This document shows, one piece after another, positions 1 to 8,167 of a stretch of 64,000 nucleotides of DNA (position 1 is the stretch's first letter; each line of letters starts with the position of its first letter). The DNA comes from Nannocystis sp. SCPEA4. GTDB lineage: Bacteria > Myxococcota_A > Polyangia > Nannocystales > Nannocystaceae. Both the position numbers and the translations under genes were made by a program. The stretch spans positions 204,752 through 268,751 of the forward strand of contig NZ_JAPNJX010000001.1 of assembly GCF_026626685.1 (NCBI RefSeq). The letters are read 5' to 3'. Below the pieces are notes generated by a model. It was given only the letters and a program-made list of their open reading frames with translations, searched no databases and was not told the DNA's origin.

Positions 1-123
1 GCCGATGATCGCGTCGACGATGATCTGGCTGACCGTCTGCTGCTCGTTGAAGCCGCCGATCACCAGGCCCCAGATCCAGTCACCGGCGTCGGTGACGAGG
101 CGCATGTACTCGCCGCCGCTCAT
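1..123 (-). CDS. hypothetical protein, partial (N-terminal ~41 aa; gene runs off window start); overlaps PAAR gene stop by ATGA, so it is a candidate T6SS cargo or adaptor
   Basis: Minus-strand ATG at 123-121 overlapping the PAAR stop (122-120). Reads MSGGEYMRLVTDAGDWIWGLVIGGFNEQQTVSQIIVDAIIG and the ORF is open to position 1. Confidence 0.4.
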   Translation of the reverse strand, partial: MSGGEYMRLVTDAGDWIWGLVIGGFNEQQTVSQIIVDAIIG

Positions 124-740
124 CGCCCCTCACCCATCACGGCGTCGATCAGCGCGTCGGCGTCCTCGCTCGAGAACGACTCCTTGAACTGCGGGTTGGG
201 CGTCTGCTCCTTGCGCTCCCACTTGCGCGTGTCGGGGCCGTAGCGCACGCGGGCGCGCTCGGGCGGCACGCCCTCGATGCGGGCCTTGCCCTCGGCGTCG
301 AGCTTGCCCTTGAGGATCGTCCCGTCGCGCAGCTCCACCTCGTACTCGGCGTTCTGCACCGGCTCGTCGTCGTGGTACCTGTGCTCGAGCAGCAGCACGG
401 TGTTGCGGGCCTTCTCGCACTCCTCGCAGAACGGCTTGTCGGTGCGCAGCGCCTCGACCTGGGCCGACGAGCCGATGATCACCGTCGGGCAACCGACGAC
501 GATCGTGCCGCCGTGGGTGGTCGGGTCGCCGAGGCGCGCGGCCGGCTTGTTGCCGATGAGCACCGTCGGCTCGCCGCGGGCGACGCTGTCGGGGCCGGTG
601 GCGCACACCAGCTTGTCGCCCTCGCGCGCGGCCGGCATCATGCCGATGATCACCGAGGTCTCGCCGACGGCCACCGGACCGCCGACGTGGGTCGGCACCG
701 GGCACACGTGCATGTCTGTGATGCGGGCTGCGGGCGGCAT
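120..740 (-). CDS. PAAR-domain protein (T6SS spike-tip) with ~100-aa C-terminal extension
   Basis: Three PAAR motifs (MPPAARITD, MMPAAREGD, NKPAARLGD) with conserved Cys/His, placed directly downstream of vgrG. Confidence 0.85.
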   Translation of the reverse strand: MPPAARITDMHVCPVPTHVGGPVAVGETSVIIGMMPAAREGDKLVCATGPDSVARGEPTVLIGNKPAARLGDPTTHGGTIVVGCPTVIIGSSAQVEALRTDKPFCEECEKARNTVLLLEHRYHDDEPVQNAEYEVELRDGTILKGKLDAEGKARIEGVPPERARVRYGPDTRKWERKEQTPNPQFKESFSSEDADALIDAVMGEGR

Positions 741-755
741 GACATGTCCCTCGGG

Positions 756-2885
756 TCAGATACCGCCGCTGTCGGCCGGGTCGGGCTTGGTCGGGTCGAT
801 CGGCTTGGCCTCGTCGGGGTCCTGCGGGCCCGCCGGGGTGCCGGTGAGCGCCCGCCCGCCGCTGTTGATCTTCACCAGCGTGCCGACGATGTCGATGCCG
901 CCGGCGTGGATCGTGATGAACCCGCCGGGGCCGCGGATGGTCAGGCCCTGCGACGCCTCGACCACGACCTTGGCCGACTTGTAGTGGACCTCCTGCATCG
1001 CCTCGACCGACAGCAGGCCGGTGACCTTGCGGTGGACGTCGCCCAGGACCTGCTCGTGGTGGCCGCCGCCGACCTTGATCTTGAGGTCGCCCTTGATCTC
1101 GAGGCTCTGGCTCTGCATCACCAGCTCGCGGCGGTTGCCCTCGATGATGGTGTCGACGTGGCCGACGCCGTCGATGCCGCCGACGCGGATCCGCAGGTCG
1201 GCGCCGACGTGCTCGTTGCGGTTGCGATCGATGCGCCAGTGGTGGTCGCGCCAGATGTTCTCGAAGTAGTCGCCGATCTTCGACCCGCCGTCGTTGCTGC
1301 CGACGGTCAGGTGGCGGTTGTGCAGCACGCTCTCCATCCGGTCGTGCAGGACGCGGATGTCGAGGTTGCGCTGCGCGTGCATGAAGACCTGCTCGATCCC
1401 CTTCTGGTCCTCGAAGCGCAGCTCGTTGTAGCCGGCCCCCTGGTAGGTGTCGGACTTGATGGTGCTCTTGGTCTTCTGCTCCGGCAGCGGGTACGGCGGC
1501 AGGTTGAGGCCGTGGTAGATCCGGCCGACGATCACCGGACGATCGGGGTCGCCCTCGATGAAGTCGACCAGCACCTCGTGGCCGATCCGCGGGATGAACA
1601 TCGCCCCCCACGAGTTGCCGGCCCACAGCTGACTGACGCGGACCCAGCACGACGAGTCCTCGTTGAACCCGTCGCTGCGGTCCCAGTGGAACTGCACCTT
1701 CACCCGCGCGTGCTCGTCGACGTAGATCTCCTCGTTCGGCGGCCCGACCACCGTCGCCGTCTGCACGCCCTTCACCGTCGGCCGCGGCGTCACGCGCGGC
1801 GGTCGATACGGCGTCTTCGCCTCGATGCACACGAAGCTGTTCTTGTAGAAGAACTCGGTGCTCGCGTCCTGCTCGAGCACCTGCGACTGCTCGCCCCTGT
1901 GTTCGACGCGCAGCAGCTTGTAGTCGCCGTCGAGGTCGCCGCGCTGGTGGCCGGCCTGCGTGAAGGCGTAGCCGGGCACGAGGCGCGGGCAGTCGCTCTC
2001 GCCGAGGCCGCGCCGGCGATCGTGCTGCATCGCCTCGAGGCGGATCTTCGCCAGCCCGGGGCCCTGGTCGGAGGTGCGGCCGCTGGTATCCTGGTACTCG
2101 CCCGGGAAGTCGTAGACCTCGAGGTCGGTCGCCAGCGCGGCCGTCTCGGAGGCGTCCATCTGCGCGTCGGGCTTGTGCAGGTTGTGGTCGCGCAGCGAGG
2201 ACTTGCCGGTGCGCACGCCCTCGACCAGGCGAAAGCGGGTGATGTGCTCCTGGTCGCGCACGAACCCGTGCGGCGGCGCCCACCACACCTCGGTCTTGCC
2301 GGCGATCTTCGGCGCCGCCGGCTTGTCGCTCATCACCAATACGTGCTTCTCGGCGGTGTGCTCGAAGGAATAGTAGATGCCGTCCTCCTCGAGCAGCCGG
2401 CTGACGAAATCCCAGTCCGACTCGTGGTACTGCACGCAGTAGTCGCGCGGGTTGTACGAGGAGAACAGGTCGAAGCGGAACCAGTCGCGCGGGATCCCGG
2501 CCTTCTCGAGCACCTCGCCGACGATCGTCTGCGTGGTCTTGCGCTGGAAGATCCGGCTGTCCTGGCGCCGCGTCAGCCGCCACACCCGCGGCACCAGCGT
2601 CACCTCGTACACGTGGTGCTGGCGCAGCTCGCCGTGGTACTCCGCGCCGCATATCAGGCCGTGGATGTGCCGCGGCGAATCGATGCCGCCGATCATCAGC
2701 ATCGCCGGCTTGTCGACCAGCGCCGCCAGATCGATCTCACCGCCGGCGAGCTCGATGCGCAGCTCGAACAGCGAGGACACCGCCTCGAAGCCGGCGAAGC
2801 GGACCACATCGAGCTCCCCCGCGTCGGCCGTGAACGTGAACAGCGCCGTGTTACCGGTCAGCGCCGAGATCAAGTTGGCGATCAA
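756..2885 (-). CDS. vgrG: type VI secretion system tip protein VgrG
   Basis: 709 aa. The N-terminal gp27-like region (MIANLISALTGNT..FTADAGELDVVRF..ELRIELAGG) and gp5-like beta-helix region (IKGDLKIKVGGG..) are typical of VgrG. A PAAR gene follows. Confidence 0.9.
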   Translation of the reverse strand: MIANLISALTGNTALFTFTADAGELDVVRFAGFEAVSSLFELRIELAGGEIDLAALVDKPAMLMIGGIDSPRHIHGLICGAEYHGELRQHHVYEVTLVPRVWRLTRRQDSRIFQRKTTQTIVGEVLEKAGIPRDWFRFDLFSSYNPRDYCVQYHESDWDFVSRLLEEDGIYYSFEHTAEKHVLVMSDKPAAPKIAGKTEVWWAPPHGFVRDQEHITRFRLVEGVRTGKSSLRDHNLHKPDAQMDASETAALATDLEVYDFPGEYQDTSGRTSDQGPGLAKIRLEAMQHDRRRGLGESDCPRLVPGYAFTQAGHQRGDLDGDYKLLRVEHRGEQSQVLEQDASTEFFYKNSFVCIEAKTPYRPPRVTPRPTVKGVQTATVVGPPNEEIYVDEHARVKVQFHWDRSDGFNEDSSCWVRVSQLWAGNSWGAMFIPRIGHEVLVDFIEGDPDRPVIVGRIYHGLNLPPYPLPEQKTKSTIKSDTYQGAGYNELRFEDQKGIEQVFMHAQRNLDIRVLHDRMESVLHNRHLTVGSNDGGSKIGDYFENIWRDHHWRIDRNRNEHVGADLRIRVGGIDGVGHVDTIIEGNRRELVMQSQSLEIKGDLKIKVGGGHHEQVLGDVHRKVTGLLSVEAMQEVHYKSAKVVVEASQGLTIRGPGGFITIHAGGIDIVGTLVKINSGGRALTGTPAGPQDPDEAKPIDPTKPDPADSGGI

Positions 2886-3011
2886 CCCCTACCACCCCCC
2901 GGAAGGAGGCATCGTAACAGAGGGTCGAGCGGCCGCTGCCGGCCGATGTCGCGCATACTCGATCTGCAGGGATGTGCAGCGGCGCGAGTACGCGCTCGCT
3001 ATGATGTCCGC

Positions 3012-3914
3012 ATGCGCGTCCTCTTCTGCACCGATCCACTCGTCGCATCGCGTCCCGATCGCGCATTCGCGCTCGAGGTCGCGGCCGCGGACGCGGTCGG
3101 GCTCGCGTGGTCGTGCGTCGATTTCGAGGCGCTGGCCGCCGGTGACGTCGGCGCGGCGCTACGTCGAGTGCGGCCCGGCGAGGCGACGGAGGTCGTCGTA
3201 TACCGCGGCTGGATGTTGCGGGTCGAACACTACGACACGCTGTACTCCGGCCTGCTCGCGCGGGGCCTGCAATTGGTCAACGACCCGGCCGCGTATCGCA
3301 GCGCCCACCTGTTGCCCGCCGCCCTGCCCTTCCTCGGTCAGGACACGCCCGACAGCGTCGTGCTCCCGCGCGAGGCCGGCCTCGAGTGGCCGCGCATCGA
3401 CGCCGCGCTGGCGCGATTCGGCGGGCGTGCGCTCGTCGTCAAGGACTACGTCAAATCGCGCAAGCACGAGTGGAACGACGCTTGTTTCATCCGCGCCGCC
3501 GACGACCACGCCGAGGTGCGGCGCGTGGTCGGCAACTTCCTCGAGCGTCAGGGCGACGACCTCGTCGGCGGGCTGGTGTTCCGTGTCTACGAACCCCTGG
3601 TGCCGCTCGGGATCCACCCGAGGAGCGGGATGCCGCTCCCTCGCGAGTGGCGGCGCTTCGTCGCCGACGGTCGCGTCCTCGTCGAGGCGCCCGCGTGGGA
3701 GATCGCCGACTCGACCGCTCCGCCCGCATTCGACGAGCTCGCGCGCCGTGTCCCGAGCCGCTTCTTCAGCCTCGATCTCGCCGAGCGCCAGGCCGGTGGC
3801 TGGACCGCGATCGAGCTGGGCGACGGTCAGGTCGCAGGCCTGCCCCCGTCGCTCGACCCGGTCGATTTCTACGCGGCGCTGGCCGCGTGGGACCCGCGCC
3901 CCCTCGCCTCGTGA
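3012..3914 (+). CDS. ATP-grasp domain protein of unknown function
   Basis: 300 aa, with VVKDYVKSRKHEW and ATP-grasp-like C-terminal motifs. An alternative in-frame ATG lies at 2946. It is divergent from vgrG. Confidence 0.55.
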   Translation: MRVLFCTDPLVASRPDRAFALEVAAADAVGLAWSCVDFEALAAGDVGAALRRVRPGEATEVVVYRGWMLRVEHYDTLYSGLLARGLQLVNDPAAYRSAHLLPAALPFLGQDTPDSVVLPREAGLEWPRIDAALARFGGRALVVKDYVKSRKHEWNDACFIRAADDHAEVRRVVGNFLERQGDDLVGGLVFRVYEPLVPLGIHPRSGMPLPREWRRFVADGRVLVEAPAWEIADSTAPPAFDELARRVPSRFFSLDLAERQAGGWTAIELGDGQVAGLPPSLDPVDFYAALAAWDPRPLAS

Positions 3915-4010
3915 CCGGCCGGCGAAGTTCCAACAGCAATTCACATCGTCGATGCCGCAGCCACGCCTCGTGACCGCTCGGCGGCGTCGCCGCCGACCTG
4001 CGACCGGGCT

Positions 4011-5165
4011 GTGACGCGCGCGTGCAATTGCGCTCCTAACGTCGCGCCCGTGAAGACCTCGCGGCCAGCCATCTGTCTCTTGAGCCATCTTGTTCTGCTG
4101 GCCGCCTGTGCGAGCGGCGACGAGGGCGACGCCGGCGGCTTCGGCAGCGGCGTCACGACTGCCACGGCCGGCGCGACCGCGACCTCCCCCGCGACCACGA
4201 CCTCGACCGGCAGCGACTCGCAGGTGCCGACCGAAGGCAGCGCCAGCGCCAGCGAGACCACCGGCGACGCGCCGACCACCACCGGCCCGCCGGGCAGCAC
4301 GAGCACGGGCGGCGACTCCTCGCCGGCCACCAGCGACGACGCCACCTCGTTGCCGCCCGCCGCGGACATGCCCGGCGAGTTCGAGGTGTGCACCAAGGTC
4401 GACGTGCTGCTGGTCGTCGACGCCTCGGCGAGCATGGCCGACGCGCTCGCCTCGCTGCCCGCGACCTTCGCGGAGATCCAGGCCACCCTCGCGCTCGAGG
4501 TCGGCGAGGGCATCGACGACTTCCACATCGCCGTCATCAACGCCTGCCCGGCGCCGCCCAACTTCCACAACTACGGCGCGGGCGACACCGACTGCGAGTT
4601 CCCCGGCGGCCGCAACTGGCTCGCCTCGGACGACCCCGCGGTCGCGCAGAAATTCGCCTGCGTGGCCCAGCTGCCCGACCAGGACGAGGCGCTCGGCGAA
4701 AACGGCGGCTACAACTCGATCCCCGACACCTGCGACGACGGCGACGACGAGGACGAGCAGCCGGCGTGGACGGCCGCTCGCGCGCTGTCCCCCGCCGTCG
4801 CCGTCAACGCCGGCTTCTCGCGCCCCGACTCGGTGCTGTTCGTGGTCGCCATCACCGACGAGGACGAGGCGCTGGTCGACCCCGACGACGTCGCGGAGAT
4901 CCACGACGCCATCGTCGCCGCCAAGGGTGAGGGCGGGCGCGTGGTGTTCCTCGGCATCGGCGGCGACGACGGCGGCTGCGACAACGCCTACGGCGGCGGC
5001 GAGGTCGCCGACTCCAAGGTGCTGCGCGAGGTCGCCGACGCCTTCGGCGGGCACGGCATGTACCGCACGATGTGCAAGAAGCGCGGCGACGACCCGATCG
5101 GCGACGCCTTCACCGAGGCGCTGACCACCCTGGTCGACGCGGCCTGCTCGAGCTTCCCGCCCTGA
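4011..5165 (+). CDS. secreted lipoprotein with vWA-like (MIDAS DxSxS) domain
   Basis: Signal peptide plus lipobox (LVLLAAC), a Thr/Ser/Gly-rich linker, then VDVLLVVDASASM. An alternative GTG start lies at 4050. Confidence 0.6.
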   Translation: MTRACNCAPNVAPVKTSRPAICLLSHLVLLAACASGDEGDAGGFGSGVTTATAGATATSPATTTSTGSDSQVPTEGSASASETTGDAPTTTGPPGSTSTGGDSSPATSDDATSLPPAADMPGEFEVCTKVDVLLVVDASASMADALASLPATFAEIQATLALEVGEGIDDFHIAVINACPAPPNFHNYGAGDTDCEFPGGRNWLASDDPAVAQKFACVAQLPDQDEALGENGGYNSIPDTCDDGDDEDEQPAWTAARALSPAVAVNAGFSRPDSVLFVVAITDEDEALVDPDDVAEIHDAIVAAKGEGGRVVFLGIGGDDGGCDNAYGGGEVADSKVLREVADAFGGHGMYRTMCKKRGDDPIGDAFTEALTTLVDAACSSFPP

Positions 5166-5246
5166 GGACATGCCCTGAAGGAAATGTCTCCCTGAGCATG
5201 TCTCTCCAGACATAGAAAAACGGCCATGTCCCCGTGGACATGGCCG
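5166..5246. repeat. GGACATGYCC-family palindromic tandem array (about 6 units, period 13-15 bp)
   Basis: Copies ggacatgccc, gaaatgtctc, gagcatgtct, agacatagaa, ggccatgtcc and ggacatggcc at spacings 15/13/14/14/15. It lies immediately 3' of the vWA lipoprotein stop and contains an AT-rich insert (catagaaaaacgg). Confidence 0.8.
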
Positions 5247-5280
5247 TGTGAGCGCGCCTCGGCGCCGCGCGCGCTCGACC

Positions 5281-5799
5281 TCATTGCGGGACCGGCGGGA
5301 CGGTGCCGGCCCACGTGATCTCCGGCTGCTTCGCCGGCTTCTTCGCCGTCTTCTTCAGCTTCGCCGGCACCTTCCCCGCCCAATCGATCGCCGGCTGCTT
5401 CTGCTTCTCCGGCACCTTCCCCGCCCACGTGATCGCGGGCTGCTTCGCCTTCGTCGGCGCCTCCCCCACCCACTCGATCGCGGGCTGCTTCATCTTCTTC
5501 GGCACCTCCCCGGCCCACTCGATCGCCGGCTTCTTCATCTTCGTCGGCACCTCCCCCGCCCACTCGATCGCCGGCTTCTTCGCCTTCGGCGGCTTCGCCG
5601 GTCGATCGGCATCGACGCGCCGGGCCGGCTTGCCGAAGCCGTGGCGCACCGAGTCGCCGTTGAACGACGCGCCGTGGCCCCGGCTGGCCACGAGTGGCGC
5701 GGGGCCGTCCGCCCCCCACCCGCCGGACGACGCGAGCGTGAAGCTGCAACCGGTCACGCTGAAGAGGAGCGCCAACAGGGTCACGATGAGCTTGTGCAT
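5281..5799 (-). CDS. lipoprotein with eight tandem 12-aa repeats (KKPAIEWAGEVP)
   Basis: Signal peptide with lipobox (FSVTGC) and a 36-bp DNA tandem repeat; GC3 bias is consistent with real coding. Confidence 0.6.
   Translation of the reverse strand: MHKLIVTLLALLFSVTGCSFTLASSGGWGADGPAPLVASRGHGASFNGDSVRHGFGKPARRVDADRPAKPPKAKKPAIEWAGEVPTKMKKPAIEWAGEVPKKMKQPAIEWVGEAPTKAKQPAITWAGKVPEKQKQPAIDWAGKVPAKLKKTAKKPAKQPEITWAGTVPPVPQ
5305..5600. repeat. 36-bp coding tandem repeat (about 8 copies) inside the lipoprotein gene
   Basis: The unit cttcgccggcaccttccccgcccaatcgatcgccggctg repeats with variants. Confidence 0.7.
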
Positions 5800-6062
5800 T
5801 TGTTTTTTAAACCTCGGTGCGCACGGACGCGCGTCGACTTCGCCTATTCAGGCGATCGCCGATGGCCGCAGATCGGCCTCTGCTCACGGCGTCGCGGCCG
5901 CCGGCGCGTGGTGCGGTGATTCGACTGCCAATGTCATGACATGACCCGAGAGACATCTCATCCGCGCATCCGCGCCAGCGACCTCGACCGGACGCGACTG
6001 TGGGCTGGGGCCTCCGCGACCCGTTGCGCTCGCGCCGGCCTCGGGCTCATCATGCGCGCCCC

Positions 6063-6929
6063 ATGCACCACCCCGCGCACCTCCGACACGTCACGGCCGT
6101 GGTCCTCGCGCTGAGCGCCTGCGGCGACGACGGCGCCTCGCCCCTCACTGCCACCGCCACGGCGGCGAGCAGCTCGCCCACCGCGGCCGGCACCACCGAG
6201 CCCGGCGAGGCCGGCAGCGAGAGCACCGACGCGACGGCCACCGAGCCCGCGCCGACCAGCACCGACGCCACCACGGACGCGAGCAGCGACGCCACCACCA
6301 CGGCGCCGCTCGACGTCCCGGGTGGGGTGTTCTTGTGGACAGGTGCGGGCGGTGGCGGCCCCGCCACCGATCTGTACGTCGACGCGGTCGTGGACGTGCT
6401 CACCGGCGCCGGCGTCCCCGTCGCTCAGGGGACCGAGCTGCCGGACGGCTTCGCCCAGCTGTACGGCACGCTGGTGTACATGAACCCGCAGACCGTGTTC
6501 CCGGCCGAGGTCGACGCGGCCGCGTCGGCGCTGGTGAACGGCGGCGGACGGCTCGTGCTGGTAATGGAGCACTGCAAGAACGGCTGTTGGAGCAACGCGG
6601 ACGGCCACAACACGCTGCTCGCCGCGCTCGGGGCCGACATGCGGCTCGCCGGCGACGGCGGCGCGGATCTCGAGTCGACCGTCCTCGACGTCACACCGAC
6701 GCCGCCGCTGACCGACGGCGTCGGCTCGCTCGTCGCCTACTACTCCGGGCACGTCGTCATGGGCCCGGACAGCGTCGCCGTCGGACGGATCTCCGGCGGC
6801 GACGTCGTCGTCGCGCTCGAGACGATCGGTGCCGGCGAAGTGCTGGCCGTCGCCGACTCGTCGATGCTCGGCTACGTGCTGGGCGAGGCCGACAATTCGC
6901 GGTTCGTGGAGAACTTCGCCCTGCACTGA
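6063..6929 (+). CDS. hypothetical secreted lipoprotein
   Basis: Signal peptide plus lipobox (VVLALSAC) and a Thr/Ala/Ser-rich linker. The start is chosen inside ORF 6000..6929. Confidence 0.5.
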   Translation: MHHPAHLRHVTAVVLALSACGDDGASPLTATATAASSSPTAAGTTEPGEAGSESTDATATEPAPTSTDATTDASSDATTTAPLDVPGGVFLWTGAGGGGPATDLYVDAVVDVLTGAGVPVAQGTELPDGFAQLYGTLVYMNPQTVFPAEVDAAASALVNGGGRLVLVMEHCKNGCWSNADGHNTLLAALGADMRLAGDGGADLESTVLDVTPTPPLTDGVGSLVAYYSGHVVMGPDSVAVGRISGGDVVVALETIGAGEVLAVADSSMLGYVLGEADNSRFVENFALH

Positions 6930-6944
6930 TATCCTCGCCGCTCC

Positions 6945-8060
6945 GTGCCTCGCGCCTCGCTCCTCTGCGCGCTCCTGCTCGCCTGCGCGCACCAGGCCGC
7001 GCCGGACGAACCCGCGGGCGCGTCCGCGCCCGCGCCCGCGGCGGTCGATCCGTGCGCCCCGGCACCTGTCCCCGGGGACAGCACCAAGGCGCTCGCGCGG
7101 GCCGACGTGCTGCTCCGCTGCGGCGACGACGCCGGCGCGCTGGCCGTCCGCTTCGCCCTGCTGCGGCGCGACTACGGCTCGACCGCGCGCGCCTACGCGC
7201 TCGCGGTGCTGGCCCACGAGTCCGGGCAGGGCCCCGAGTTCGACGCCACCGTCGCCGACCTGCCGTTGACCGCCGCCGCGCGGGCCGTCTACCGCCTGAC
7301 CCGCGACGTCTCCATCTATCTCGACAACGTCGCACGGCTGACCGAAGAGACAGGCAAGGGGGGCGACCCGGGCGTCGAGGCCGGCAGCCTGGCCCGCGAC
7401 GTCGCCGCCGCGCTGGCGGTCGCCGCCGACGATCCCTACGCGCTGAGCCTCGCGCTGCGCTTCACCGCCCTGCACGACGCCGACCCGCGCGAGCGCGCCG
7501 CCCCGATCTGCCGCGACCGCGCCGACCCGCTGCTCGCGCGCCTGCGCGACCGCGAGGGGGCAGCCGTGCTGGCCGCGGCCTGCGGCCGGATCGCCTTTCG
7601 CTCGGGCGAGCCGATCGACGGCCGGCGCCGGTTCGCCCGCGCGCTCGAGCTCTCGCCGCGCCATCACGCCGCCGCGATCGCCTGGGCCGCCGCCGAGCTC
7701 GCGGCCGGCAACCTCGCCGAGGCGCTGCGGCTGTACGAACTGGCGACCGAAGCCCCGTCGCCGCGGCTGCGCTACGCCGCCTTCCTCGGGCTCGGGGTCA
7801 CGCACGCCCGCCGCCACGAGCGCGACGCCGCCGAGGCCGCCTACCGCAGCGCCGCCGCCGTCCGCGGCCTCGACACCGCCGCGCCCGACCGGCTGCCGCC
7901 CGAGCTGTCGTTCAACCTCGGCGCGCTGCTGGCCGACACCAACGACCCGGCCGCGCGGACCGAGGCGCGCGGGCTGCTGCGGGCCTACGTGGCCGACCCC
8001 CGCGCCGACGACCGCCGCCGCCTGCGCGCGCGGATCTTGCTGCGCGAGCTCGGCGACTGA
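6945..8060 (+). CDS. TPR-like repeat lipoprotein
   Basis: GTG start with lipobox LLLAC, and Ala/Leu-rich TPR-like helices (AEALRLYELATEA...). Confidence 0.55.
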   Translation: MPRASLLCALLLACAHQAAPDEPAGASAPAPAAVDPCAPAPVPGDSTKALARADVLLRCGDDAGALAVRFALLRRDYGSTARAYALAVLAHESGQGPEFDATVADLPLTAAARAVYRLTRDVSIYLDNVARLTEETGKGGDPGVEAGSLARDVAAALAVAADDPYALSLALRFTALHDADPRERAAPICRDRADPLLARLRDREGAAVLAAACGRIAFRSGEPIDGRRRFARALELSPRHHAAAIAWAAAELAAGNLAEALRLYELATEAPSPRLRYAAFLGLGVTHARRHERDAAEAAYRSAAAVRGLDTAAPDRLPPELSFNLGALLADTNDPAARTEARGLLRAYVADPRADDRRRLRARILLRELGD

Positions 8061-8066
8061 CCCATC

Positions 8067-8166
8067 GGACATCTCGTCGGGCTCGGCGACATGCCCCTGC
8101 AGACATGCTCGATCAGGCATGTCGCCATGGACATGCTCGATACGACATGTCGCATCGGACACCGCG
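8067..8166. repeat. GGACATGYCC-family tandem array (about 7 units, exact 14-bp period)
   Basis: CATG cores at 8090, 8104, 8118, 8132 and 8146. Units are gcgacatgccc, agacatgctc, aggcatgtcg, ggacatgctc and cgacatgtcg. It sits between convergent gene ends. Confidence 0.85.
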
Positions 8167-8167
8167 C

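Noticed and set aside
130-2652. 840-aa minus-strand ORF (Arg/Ala/Gly-rich) and similar giant ORFs: 372..3914(+), 3159..5213(-), 5958..10640(-), 6335..10666(+), 10773..12773(-), 14234..16108(+), 14241..16016(-), 16101..17900(-), 16121..19312(+), 21950..24505 5' part, 35804..38914(-), 39951..42173(-), 40364..43297(+), 43634..45012, 46144..47502(-), 46167..47429(+), 51756..55733(+), 51982..54372(-), 55824..57608(-), 60469..62775(+)
   Set aside because: These are off-frame or antisense read-through typical of ~70% GC DNA (few stop codons). Their translations are Arg/Ala/Pro-rich with no motifs and overlap well-supported genes in another frame.
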